Assembly (NCBI RefSeq): GCF_006345805.1
Contig: NC_043005.1
Location: forward strand, 85,560,001 to 85,624,000
Direction of reading: 5' to 3'
Source: Octopus sinensis
Taxonomy: Eukaryota
DNA length: 64,000 nt
Shown: in pieces, positions 12,560 through 24,117 of the stretch
Layout of the letters: each line of letters starts with the position of its first letter
Numbering within the stretch: the first letter of the stretch is position 1
Translations under genes and position numbers: made by a program
Notes under the pieces: model-generated
What the model saw: the letters and a program-made list of their open reading frames with translations, nothing else
Told to the model about the DNA's origin: nothing
Databases searched by the model: none

Positions 12560-13930
12560 GCAGGTTTAACTTGATTCTGCTCAGTCTAATTGTAAATTCA
12601 ATAATGTAGATAAGATTTCTAGTCGTAAAAGAATTATTGATAACAAACAACTTACGCACCGATACAAAGCGAATGAAGGCAGATAACCCTTATTTATTCC
12701 CCTATTACCGATCTAAAAGTAAATATAACACCTTCAAAAGTAATTACGCTATGAATACTAGTAAAAATATTTGGTTAATAATTCCTTACAGGAGACAAAT
12801 TAAATCTAATCTCCCACTGCTGTTTCGTCAAGCTATTGCTAGGAATTTTCCAAACAATTCTAGATATTACTCTATAATTAATTCACATAAGGTTAGGATA
12901 GGTTTTTCAAACACAAAAATCTCTTGCAAATTATATCTTCTCATAATAACAAACTGTTAAATATTAATACATTTACTAATACTAACATTAATTTAGCTAA
13001 TACCATCCAACCCTCTAGAAATATTAATAACAAGGTTATTGTATCTGAAGTCAATTCCAATAGAATTAAATTTATGTCAAGTAACTCTAAGATTAAAAAT
13101 TCTATATACCAGTGTATAATCAGTACTCGTAATAAAGTACGATTTTACATTGGAAGTACATCGTTAGAGTTATCTAAAAGAATTTCTATCCATTAATCAA
13201 CATTTAGGGATAGAAATAAACGGAATAGTACCGGTCTCAGCAAACTGATTTGGGATTTAAAAGACCACAATGAACAATTTCATTTAGAATGGTTGATCCT
13301 CTCAATTTCGATACCATATGACAAAGGCAAGAAATTCTGTCTTCTCTGCAATTCTGAGCTATTTTTCATTATTTTTTCTAAAAATACTCTAGTAAACACG
13401 GTTATAGAACGAGCATACAAATGTAAGCATTGGCAGAAACATACTTTTAGTGCATATAAGTAGTCTCTATCATTATATATAGTTTAAACTTTAATTTCCT
13501 TTATATTTAACATTCACTATTAATATCCCTACTCTTTCTGTTAGCTACTTATGACGTTATATCATATAACGTTTTTTTAAACAATATTAATAGCGTTCTG
13601 TCTATCGCTATACAAATCCATCAATTTTTGCTAAAATGTCGTATTGACGAGTTTCGTTTTTTCACTTTCCCGAAGAGAAGATTGCATTGTTTATACCATT
13701 TATTCTTTTGAATAGTATCAGCGGAATTTTCGAAACATATGTAGAAAGTAAAAATACTTGTTTAAACCTGCGTTAACTCCATTTTTTATTCATATTATTC
13801 AAAATATTCAACGTAAACACGAAGTTTCAACCTTTATAAACAAGGAGTTACAACATCTTTACTTGTGAGATTTTTGCTGCCCTGGTAACTATTTATTTAT
13901 TTTTCCGTATTAATTGTTAACAAGGTAAAA
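12560..13930 (+). mobile_element. 5'-truncated Penelope-like element (RT thumb + GIY-YIG endonuclease + 3' pLTR region), disabled
   Basis: IGFSNTK-fs-LLQIISSHNNKLL thumb; IYQCII..RFYIGSTSLELSKRISIH*STFR..STGLSKLIWDLK..W.IL..PYDKGKKFCLLCNSELFFI GIY-YIG module ending at TAG 13461-13463; hammerhead-like fold downstream. Confidence 0.85.
13664..13749 (+). ncRNA. Type I hammerhead-like fold in the Penelope 3' region (core variant CCGAAGA)
   Basis: Helix I actttc/gaaagt (6 bp); core CCGAAGA 13670-13676; long helix II opening gaaga/ttttc; GAAA 13732-13735; palindromic helix III acatatgt; GUA site. Confidence 0.7.
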
Positions 13931-13960
13931 TACACTCATCTATATATATATATATATATA

Positions 13961-14126
13961 TGCTGGAGTGGCTGTGTGGTAAGAAGCTTGCTTCTTGCTT
14001 ACCAACGACATGGTTTCCGGTTCAGTCCCACTGCGTGGCACCTTGAGCAAATGTCTTCTACTATAGCCTCAGACCAACCAAAGCTTTGTGATTGGATATG
14101 GTAGACGGAAACTGAAAGAAGCCCGT

Positions 14127-14165
<39 letters not shown>

Positions 14166-14395
14166 ATGTGTGTTAATGTTTGTGTGTCTGTGTTTGACCC
14201 CCCCCCCATTATCGCTTGACAATCGATGCTTGTATGTTTACGTCCTCATAATTTAGCGGTTCGGTAAAAGAGCCCGATACAATAAATACTAGGTTTACAA
14301 AGAATAAGTCCTGGGGTCAATTTGCTCGACTAAAGGTGCTGCCCCTGCATGGCCGCTGTCAAATGACTGAAAGAAGCAAACGAGTAAAAGAATAC
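13961..14395 (+). mobile_element. SINE family B, near full length, with internal (TA)n/(TG)n
   Basis: A-box tggctgtgtgg, B-box-like ggttcagtcc, central microsatellite, 3' gcatggccgc..caaatgactgaaa tail; same layout as 56925-57345. Confidence 0.85.
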
Positions 14396-14492
14396 TAAAA
14401 GAAATATATATATATATGTAGGTCCCGGGTTGAGTCGGGGTTAACCACAGTAAATAAGTTACTCAATACATAGCAGAGTAAATTAATTTATT

Positions 14493-14893
14493 TTATAGAA
14501 GGAGCTTCTACAGGACTAGAACTGTTTCATTCAAAAGAAATCATCAGGAAGCTAGGTGACAAGAATAGTTTTGGCATTTATACATTTAGGCAGGTTTAAA
14601 GGGGTGGTGGTGGGGGACTTTTTGGGGTAGGCATGGCGCAAACTATCATTCTTAGGGGAGTGGTCAAAGGAATCAGTGATAAAGTATTTATTCTTTTATC
14701 TACTTTATCACTGATTCCTTTGACCACTCCCCTAAGAATGATAGTTTGCGCCATGCCTACCCCAAAAGTCCCCCACCACCACCCCTTTAAACCTGCCTAA
14801 ATGTATAAATGCCAAAACTATTCTTGTCACCTAGCTTCCTGATGATTTCTTTTGAATGAAACAGTTCTAGTCCTGTAGAAGCTCCTTCTATAA
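14493..14893. repeat. 194/193-bp near-perfect inverted repeat, 14-nt spacer (Penelope pLTR-like)
   Basis: 14493-14686 is the reverse complement of 14701-14893 apart from one T-run indel; each arm carries a hammerhead-like fold. Confidence 0.9.
14833..14883 (+). ncRNA. Type I hammerhead-like fold (mirror copy at 14503-14553, minus)
   Basis: agcttc-CTGATGA-t ttc tttt gaa t-GAAA-cag ttctagtc ctg-TA-gaagct: helix I 6 bp, intact core, helix III 4 bp, GUA site; helix II closing pair is U.U rather than R-Y. Confidence 0.7.
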
Positions 14894-14904
14894 TATATAT
14901 ATAT

Positions 14905-14985
<81 letters not shown>

Positions 14986-15884
14986 CGCATATATATATAC
15001 ATAAAATATATATACTTAATAAACACATGCACCAACTACATGCATACACACACGAGTGCGCATATATGAATATTAAGTTTTCTAGTCTCCTCTGTATCCA
15101 TGTGTTTATCTGCTAGCTTTATCATCTCTATTTCTAAACCGATCATTACCAGACATCTCAGCTTCCAGTGTAAGGCAGGTGATAGAAACCCCCTAAAACG
15201 GTTCATATTTCACATTGGTAACACTTAGAATCAAGTTATAGAGAACCAGCAATGAATAACTCCAATCCATAAGGGAGACTACACAATATACAATGTAATT
15301 GCCACACAATAATCTTTCCGATAAGATGGCTTCTTCCACACATCGGTCTCTATAACCAGAAGCACGCTTTATTTATATAGCTTCAGGTGTTAAGCAAGGC
15401 TTTCACAATCTAACACTTGGGTATATCATTTATAGGAGAAAGTGTTTACTTCTCTCACTGCCTCTGTCACTCTCTCTCTCTCTCTGTCGTTCTATTTGTC
15501 TCTCACTGTCTCTGTCTCTATCTTTCTCTCCTTCTCTCTTTCGTTCTCTGTCCCTATCATATTTTATTGTTATTCAATACTTTTCTCTATTTACATCTCA
15601 ATTCTCTCTCTCTCTTGACTTATTTTGACGCAGTTCCTCTCTTTATCTTGTATTTCGTATCTGTTACGTGGTTCAGTCGTTGGACTGCGGCCATATTGGG
15701 GCACAGCCTTGTAGTGTGTTTTTTTTATTCAAATAATTCATCCAAATACTTATTATTCTTTTTACCGTTTCGTTCTTGTTCTACCGATTTTTTTCACTGA
15801 AATGCTTAAGGTATGAAGATGTGAACAAACCAACAGCAGTTGCCATACGGTGGTTAGGATACAAATGGAAAGACAAACACACTC

Positions 15885-16325
15885 ACGTACGCATGCATAT
15901 GTATATACATACATACATGCATACATAGATACATTATGAATACATACATACGTACGTACATACACATATATACATTTTACATGCATATATACGTATATGC
16001 GTACATACATATATACGTACATACATACATACATATATACATGCATACATACATGCATACATATATACGTACAGCATACACGCATGCATGCATTCATACG
16101 TACATACATACATTTATACGTACATACATACATGCAAACAAGCATGCGTGCATATACACGTCCATACATACATACATACATACAATCATACATACATACA
16201 TACATACATACATACATACATACATGCATACTTACATGCATATATACGTACAACATACACGCATGCATGCATACATACGTGCATACATACATTCATGCAT
16301 ACATACATACAAGCATGCATACATA
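15885..16325. repeat. Degenerate (TACA)n/(TGCA) microsatellite block
   Basis: Read directly. Confidence 0.9.
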
Positions 16326-16559
16326 TATAGGGGTGTTATTATCATTAATTTTAGTAAGGGGTGTTAAATTTCTTATTATTGTGAGGGGCCATTGCGGTTG
16401 TTTAAATATGAATATGCTCAGTTCGTTACATAAAACTCATCCTGTTTTGTAGATTGTAAATGGGGCATTGATTGATTTGCCGTCAACTGTTATACATGCT
16501 TATATACATACATGCATACATATATATACGTACATACATACATACATACATACATACAT

Positions 16560-17175
16560 GATGGCTGCCCCCTCGTTATCGTGTATGGCCATTGCACGAT
16601 GCTTAACTGTTATTGGTGCTGTGATCGAATGTGACTTTTTAGCCCAGCTAAAGATCTACAATGTCTTGTACAGAACTGGCAGCTAAAATCTTTACCTGTA
16701 ATAGCCGGCTATAGTTGTAACTGGGCTTCATGTACCTTTGCATGTCGTTTAAGTACTCCTGCCGAATTACACTCTCTTCCACATACCTGACAGATATGAT
16801 TAGTATGGTGTGTAACACCACCACCAGTGGCCAGGTTGTCACTCATCTATCTCGCTTTATGACTACGAAGATGACTCTTGAGTCCAGCTTTACTGAGGCA
16901 GGGTCTTGCACAGACGCTGCATGTCAGCATCATTTGAAGACCCTTCCCATCTGAAAGTGTAACAGCGATGCCCTTCCTGACATCCCTCCTTACTTGCTCA
17001 TGCGTAACTTGAGCTTTCTCAAAAGTGGCGTTCCCCTCGTGCGCAATCCTTCTCCACCTGGTACGATCAATAGCTATGCCCGCCCATGTGTCCGGAGAGA
17101 TGAAATCATCTCTTAAGGAAGCCTTCAGCAAGTCATTATACCTCTTTTTTGGTTTATGTGGGGTCGTTCTCCTTT
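16560..17175 (-). mobile_element. RTE (BovB-like) LINE 3' end with C2H2 finger
   Basis: GERPH..KKRYNDLLKASLRDDFISPDTWAGIAIDRTRWRR..EG...FE...CSVCARPCLSKAGLKSHLRSH; the KxxLK...W...A.DR..WR and terminal CxxC..H...H pattern of RTE ORF ends. Confidence 0.8.
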
Positions 17176-17351
17176 AGCTAACTCTCCATAAAAGAGTTGT
17201 TTTGTCATCCTTGAATCCTTCATCCTGACCAGATGACCACTCCATCTGAGCCTTTGCTTTAACACAAGAGCTTCTATACCTCCGCACAGAGAGCCTTATA
17301 TATACATACATGCATTCATATATACGTACATACATGCATACATACGTACAT

Positions 17352-18080
17352 ATACAAGGTGTCTGGGCTAAATTTGACAATCTTTTATGTCACGTGTCAT
17401 TCAGAAACAGCTCGATGTATAGGTGAACAGTCAACGGCGTTGAAGAGCATACAGATCAAAAGCTGATTTGAGAAAAAGTAAGCTACCATGCAGCACTAGA
17501 GGCCATCTGCCAACGTCACGACAGCTGCTCAATGTTGTATGTTTGGTGGCATTTCGAGGGTGGAGATGCACTTTGAGCATGTCCCAGACGGTCATGTTGT
17601 GAAAGCTAACCTTTATGCTCAACAGGTGCAGCAAGTATATAATGCTTTGGAAGTCTGTTACCTGCCATCGTTCAATTAAGGACACACTCTTCTACAGTAT
17701 GACAATACCCCGGCACACACAAACTGCCAATGTGACTAAGCGCAAACTTCAGGAAGTTCAGGGCTTGGAAATGCTGTCTCACACTGCTTAGAATCCCAGA
17801 CCTTGCACCATCAGATTACCACATTTTCCCAACCATGGTTCATTTTCTGTGCCAACGGTGGTTCAAAGATATGGAGGAGGTTGAAAACGGGCGTAGGGAG
17901 TTTTTTTGTCTCTAAACCAGCCAAATTTATAAGCGTGCAATTGATCTTCATGCTCAACAGTGCGAATAGAGAATAGATTATGAAGGAATATATTTGGAGG
18001 AATAAACGCTTTGCAAGTATAATTTGTTACCAGTATTATTCAGCACAGCTGGAAATACGTAAAAACTTTTGACACAACTA
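17352..18080 (+). mobile_element. Old, internally deleted mariner relic
   Basis: MLYVWWHFEG..HFE..LLQYDNTPAH..SPDLAPSDYHIFPTM..FL..F; the VWW, (H)DNAxxH and SPDLAPSD mariner motifs with stops and frameshifts; degenerate TIR-like ends. Confidence 0.8.
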
Positions 18081-18110
18081 GGACTCTCTGTCTCTGTCTC
18101 TGTCTCTGTA

Positions 18111-18168
<58 letters not shown>

Positions 18169-18256
18169 TTCGCACAGCAATCGTTTCTATTTCATTCTGC
18201 ATCTTTGTTTCTAAATACGACTTGTGTGTGTGTATATATATATAATATATATAATA

Positions 18257-18286
<30 letters not shown>

Positions 18287-18287
<1 letters not shown>

Positions 18288-18480
18288 CGGAGAGTTCACG
18301 AAAAAAAAACAAATGACGGAGACAGGTGGTGTACAAAACAAACAGATATATTAGTATAACGCTCGGGAATAGAAAAAGTCTTTTACGTTTCGAGACTACG
18401 CTCTTCTTCAGACAGGGACACAGTAAAAAAAAAACAAGGAGAGAAAAAAGTGTGTGTAGTGGTTACCGATCTATCATATA
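18287..18480 (-). mobile_element. Short non-coding element with minimal hammerhead-like motif (family H1)
   Basis: Minus: CTGAAGA-A-GAG cgtagt CTC-GAAA-CGT-A; homologous to 24668-24845 and 49140-49300; flanked by (TA)n. Confidence 0.7.
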
Positions 18481-18514
18481 TATATTTGTGTGTGTATGTG
18501 TATGGGTGTGTGTG

Positions 18515-18690
18515 TTTGTGACAGGCTTCTTTCAGTTTCTGCCAACTAATTCTTCTGACATAACTTTCATTGGTCTGGGGCAATAATAGAAAATACTCGA
18601 GACAGTGCTCAAGATAGCATGCAGTGGGATTGAACTTGAAGCCAAGAACAAAGGAAGCAGGCATCTTAAGCACAGAGTCACACCTATGCC
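18515..18690 (-). mobile_element. SINE family B, degenerate copy
   Basis: acaggcttctttcagtttctgcc...gtgggattgaac matches family B in reverse. Confidence 0.65.
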
Positions 18691-18752
18691 AATGCAGGAA
18701 CAGAAAATCCATCAGTTCCAGCTTTGAATCTGGCACTTCTCAATCACTTCCG

Positions 18753-18785
<33 letters not shown>

Positions 18786-19342
18786 TATTAATAAATTATC
18801 TCTCCTTCTAGCACTTTTCCACAAATATCAGCCAGCCATGTATTGCCAATTTTCGCCAACATTTTATGAAATAGAGGCGATCTTATTCTTAACTAGGTCT
18901 AGAGATTTTTACTAATCGATAGTGTTTCTCATATATCTCTAAAAATTGTCTTTTATTCTACTTCTTTTATACTTTCACTTTTACTCTCTCAGAGATAGAA
19001 AATAAGGTTTTGTTTTCTTCTTGTTTTCTCCATTATTTTAACTAAATTGCTAGGTAATCCAGATTAGATTTCTTATAATAGGTATTTAAGTCTTTTTACA
19101 TATCAAATTTCAGAGAAATTCTGTTATCTTTATTTATTGTCAATTTTTTTCTGTGTCGGATTTCGACGTTTATATTTTAAACACTATCAATATTTTCCGT
19201 ATTTCTTTTCCTCTTGCCTTGCTTTTTTTAATTTGATTTCTCCAGGAATATTCTTCCAGCTTTGTCCTTTACTTGTTTCTATCATTGGACTGTGGTCTTG
19301 CTGAGGGACTGCTTTGAGAGATTTAGTCAAATAAATCACCAC

Positions 19343-19488
19343 TACATTATTTACATTTGATGGATATTAGTCCTCATCTTCTTTGTTGTTAACACAGCAT
19401 TTCGGCTGATGTACTCTCCAGCCTTCATCAGATGTCTTGGGAAAATTTCAAACCTGAGTTCTCGTTCCTGAGATATTTTAGGATGTTG

Positions 19489-19560
<72 letters not shown>

Positions 19561-19634
19561 CGGTTATTGCCCAGAATCGTTGTGTTAACAACTAACAAGA
19601 TGAGGACAAATGTCTGTCAAATGTAAATAATGTA
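19343..19634. mobile_element. Outward-facing inverted pair of pLTR-like segments around (TTA)n, with a decayed hammerhead
   Basis: 19343-19398 is the degenerate reverse complement of 19578-19634. The minus copy has gacat-CTGATGA-A-GGCTG..CAGCC-GAAA-tgct-gtgtt (19391-19436). Confidence 0.65.
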
Positions 19635-19894
19635 CAACATTTTTCAACTCTCAAATAGAGAATTGTATAAATCAACCCTGGTACTTACATTTTTTTTATT
19701 AAGTCTGGTATTTACCAAGTCGATCTCTTTTGCCAAACAGCAAAGTCACAAGGGATGTAAAGCGACTAACAAAAGATGTGAAGCAGTGGTGGGAGACAAA
19801 GGCAAACACGAAAACAAACACACACAACCACGCGCCCACACGCACGCACACACAGCCACGCGCACACACACATTTGTATTTGATATGCTTCCAA

Positions 19895-20030
19895 ACGTTT
19901 CTGCCTACCAAATTCACTCACAGGTCTGGGGTTATAGTAAAAAAACTCTTGGCCAAGGTGCCACACAGTGAGACTGAACCGGAAACCATGAGATTGGGAA
20001 GCAAAACGTCTTACCACACGCTCATGTCTG
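19895..20030 (-). mobile_element. SINE family B copy
   Basis: Reverse family B head and body. Confidence 0.75.
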
Positions 20031-20194
20031 CCTAGAAATATTATTTTACACTGGGCAATAATGTGATTTTAAAGTTCAGTATCTTATTCCATTCATTCAA
20101 AATATTTTAAATATAAATCCGATGGCGTTATAATAGTTCTTCCGCTAATATTTTACTTATTCGCGTGTGTTATACTCTCTCTTATTTATTCTTT

Positions 20195-20403
20195 TCTAAT
20201 CTAGACACAAGGCCCGTAATTTTGGGAGAGGTGGGGCAGTCGATGAGATCGACCCCAGTACGCAACTGGTACTTAATTTATCGACCCAGAGATGATGAAA
20301 GCAAGTCGACCTCGGCGGAATTTGAACTCAGAACATAAAGACTGACGAAATACTGCTAAGCATTTTGTCCGGCGTGCTAAAGTGTCTGCCAGCTCGCCGC
20401 CTT
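20195..20403 (-). mobile_element. SINE family A copy
   Basis: atcgaccccagtacgcaactggtacttaatttatcgacc...gaactcagaac...ctgccagctcgccgcc. Confidence 0.85.
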
Positions 20404-20411
20404 AAAATAAT

Positions 20412-20700
20412 CTGTTTTACACTAGGCACAAAGCCCGAAATTTTTGGAGAGGGGCCAGTCGATTAGATGACTCCAGTATGCAATTTGTACTTAATTTATC
20501 GACCCAGAAAGAATGAAAGACGAAGTCAACCTCGGTGGAATTTGAACTAAGAACGTAGCGGCAGACAAAATACCTATTTCTTTACTACCCACAAGGGGCT
20601 AAACGCAGAGAGGACAAACAAGGACAGACAAACGGATGAAGTCGATTATATCGACCCCAGTGTGTAACTGGTACTTATTTAATCGACCCCGATAGGATAT
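20412..20700 (-). mobile_element. SINE family A tandem dimer (head missing)
   Basis: Two bodies joined at gcagacaaaatac|ctatttctttactacc. Confidence 0.85.
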
Positions 20701-21204
20701 CTTGTCTTCCATACCTACCAAAAGTGAAATAATAATACTGACTGTCAATTATCTTTGTTTTCTCATGCATATTAATTTTGCATAATTAATGTTTTAATAT
20801 TCCAAATATTAATTACGCCAACGTTAACTTTTCTACTTGAATATCATGTTAAATCTCCATAAATCCTCCTTAGTTACATTTAATGAACCGCTGACACTAA
20901 AATGCTACAGCTGGGCACCTCAGTGCATCTCAAGAGACACCACGCTGTGAGAGATTTTTAGAAAGATTATTTAAGAATTTGGGAAAAAAAAAAACTATTA
21001 CTAATTGACAGATGTCAAGAAAAATTATTTGTTATAATTTCGTTAAACACATGTTGAGATTATTTAAACGGCGTAAGTAAATTTCTGAACATTTAAAAAA
21101 ACATTTTATTTAAGAAATATTGTACGGATTTCTCCAAATTATTATGTATAAAGAGCTGTTTGATTTCTGGGGTGTCAAAACATGAAAAAAAAAAAAGAAG
21201 AATG

Positions 21205-21450
21205 GGAAAACTGGAGTTGTTTGGAATAAAATATAAATCTTTCTACCATTTGGCACAAGACCAGTATATTTCATGGGAAGTGATTGCATCGACCCCACGA
21301 CTTGATTGGTAGTTATTTTATCGATCTTGAAAGGATGTAAGGCAAAGCTGACTTCGGCGGTATTTGAACTGTAAGCGTAATGCGTCAGAAGAGATGTTGA
21401 TAACCTTTTTTTTTCTGTCTGACGCGCTAACAATTCTGCCAGCTCGCTTC
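21205..21450 (-). mobile_element. SINE family A, degenerate copy
   Basis: Same body motifs, more diverged. Confidence 0.7.
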
Positions 21451-21634
21451 CTTTGGTATAAGCTGTATTATTTCTACAATAGGAAAAAAGGCCTGAGATT
21501 TCTGAGGGTGAGGGCTCGTCAATTACATCGCTACAAGCGCTTGACTGATACGTAATTCGACCCAAATCGACATCGAAAAAATTTGAACTCGGAAAGTAAT
21601 GAGTCAGAAGAAATGTCCCTAAGCATATTATTTT

Positions 21635-22015
21635 CTACTCTAGGCACAAGACCCGAAATTTTAGGAGATGGGGTCAGTCGATTATATCGACCCCAGTATG
21701 CAACTGGTACTTAATTTATCGACTCCGAAAGGATGAAAGCAAAGTCGACCTCGGCGGAATTTGAACTCAGAACATAAAGACAGATGAAATATCTATTTCT
21801 TTACTACACACAAGGGGCTAAACACAGAGGAGACAAACAAGGACAGACAGACGGATTAAGTCGATTATATCGACCCCAGTGCGTAACTGGTACTTAATTT
21901 ATCGACCCCGAAAGGATGAAAGGCAAAGTCGACCTCGGTGGAACTCAGAACGTAACGGCAGACGAAATACGGCTAAGCATTTCGCCCGGCGTGCTAACGT
22001 TTCTGCCAGCTCGCT
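21635..22015 (-). mobile_element. SINE family A tandem dimer
   Basis: Head at about 22015; two bodies joined at agatgaaatat|ctatttctttactac. Confidence 0.88.
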
Positions 22016-22151
22016 GTTTTAGATACCCCTAAGCATATTATCTGGCTTGCCAACGCCCCCGCCATATTGCCGTGTTGACAATAAACTTCATTACGATAAA
22101 CTGTGAATTGTATTCAAGCAACATACTCTTAAATTTGTATTTTAATTATAG

Positions 22152-22201
22152 CTTGTAGCATTTAATAGTAAAGCAATGGTTTTACTATTAAATGCTACAA
22201 G
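22152..22201. repeat. Perfect 21-bp hairpin with 8-nt loop
   Basis: cttgtagcatttaatagtaaa-gcaatggt-tttactattaaatgctacaag. Confidence 0.9.
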
Positions 22202-22218
22202 TCTTCTTTATATTGTTC

Positions 22219-22850
22219 CACATTTATTCTCTAAATTTGCAATATAAATTTAGGTTTTCGTTAACATGCAGTTTACCATCATAAAATAGTGTAAGTATAT
22301 TGTTGTAAAAAATGAAAGTAAATTGAGATAGAAACCGAAAATGACGACTGTACCATTCCATAATTTTATGTAACAATGTATGAAGCATAATGAATTTATA
22401 AAACCATTTTATAAGATGAGCGTAATCATATTTACGGGAAAGAAGACAGTCATTAGTGGACGAAATTTCCAAATCTGTTTCGCTACACATGCATGATAAG
22501 ATGCGATGTAAGCAAGTCATAATTAATCCCACATTGTCACCTGAGCTTCTTCTTGGCGGACATATGTCGCCCTTTTATAGTCAGTGCACGGATGCTGTCA
22601 TCGTTTGAATCAACCAAATTGAAAGAATGGTTGACATCTTTATAAATATAGAAGTTTCCAAGATCCATCTAGGAAACCCACCCATTGAATATCAAACAGA
22701 ACGTTTGATACTATGTCACTGTTGTCAGTTCCAGTTTCTATCATAATTCACTTCAATTTGTTTACGACAATTTACTTTCACTTTTTTACGACGGTAAACT
22801 AAATGTTAACGAAAACCGAAATCTGTATTCTGAATTTAGAAAGTAAATGT
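22219..22850. mobile_element. Old non-autonomous element with about 135-bp degenerate terminal inverted repeats
   Basis: Left atttattctctaaatttg..ggttttcgttaacatgcagtttaccatcataaaa..gatagaaac matches the reverse complement of the right end (atttactttctaaattcag..ggttttcgttaacatttagtttaccgtcgtaaaa..gatagaaac). Confidence 0.7.
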
Positions 22851-23175
22851 AAAACCTTATACAGAAGCTTGGCATTGTTGTTTTAATAAATATAACAGTA
22901 AGGAAATTTTAGCTTTTTTCTTTTAACAAACACTTGTAGGAAAATATTTCTCACATATAGATGCGTATTAATGTCATATTTTCGCGTCATTGAATATTTT
23001 AAGCACACTACATAAAGAATAATAGCGTGGGTTTATGTTTAATCCTATGCGCTTGCGTGTGCGCGAAACCACTTGCTCACACAAACGTGTATGTATATAC
23101 ATGTGTAAATGCATCAGTATGTATTTGATTGAAATACGCACAAGGATATATATATGTATATATATATATATATAT

Positions 23176-23225
<50 letters not shown>

Positions 23226-23979
23226 GTACATGTATTTATGTATATGTATATATATATATATATGTATATATTATATATATATATATATACATGTATTTAT
23301 GTATATATATTATATATATATGTATACATATATTTATGAATGTATATATATGTATGTGTAAGCATTAATATATATACACTCACATACATATATACATATA
23401 TACACACTCACAAAGGCATGCTCAAATACTTACACTTATATGCATACACACGTAGACACAGACACACACATATATTTCGTTTAATTATATGCAACGGATA
23501 CACTCCAAGCAAAAAAATGAGTCCCTCTCGCAGCTCAATAGATCTTCAATGGCTTCTTTATAACAAAATACAAACATATTTTGGCCCCAAAATTGCTTTC
23601 ATCAGCAGGAATTCTCAAATTGCGTGCAAAAGACGTTCATCTCTTTCTGACTGTTCTTCAATTATCGAATTTGGAGACGACCCCAATTCTTGGACATACG
23701 AATAAAGTATTCACACATACACATAAATACATAGATACATAGATACATACACACACACACACACACACACATACACACACACACACACACACATATATCG
23801 TAATGTAAATATATAGAATTCAATTGTGCTTCTGTTTGTAACACATCTGGTTTAGTGTTTGACGTTAACAAGGTTTTTGTTTGAGTCGAGCTTTGCTTTC
23901 TTTTATGCACAGAGAACAACACTTTGTAGTTTCCGATTTGGTTTTCCAGTTTCCTTTCATCTTATCCCTATCGGCTCAG

Positions 23980-24117
23980 GTATAACAGTGTGGTAGAGAA
24001 GCTTGCTTTCCAACTTTGTAATTTCAGGTTCAATCTCACTGTGTCTTCTACTATAGCCTTGGACTAGAAAAACTTTGTGAGGGTATGAGGTAGGCGGAAA
24101 CTGAAAGAAACCTAACG

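Noticed and set aside
23568-23612. Minus CTGATGA-A-AGC..GCC-AAAA-TATGTT
   Set aside because: Needs at least three corrections to become a hammerhead; not called without a family consensus.
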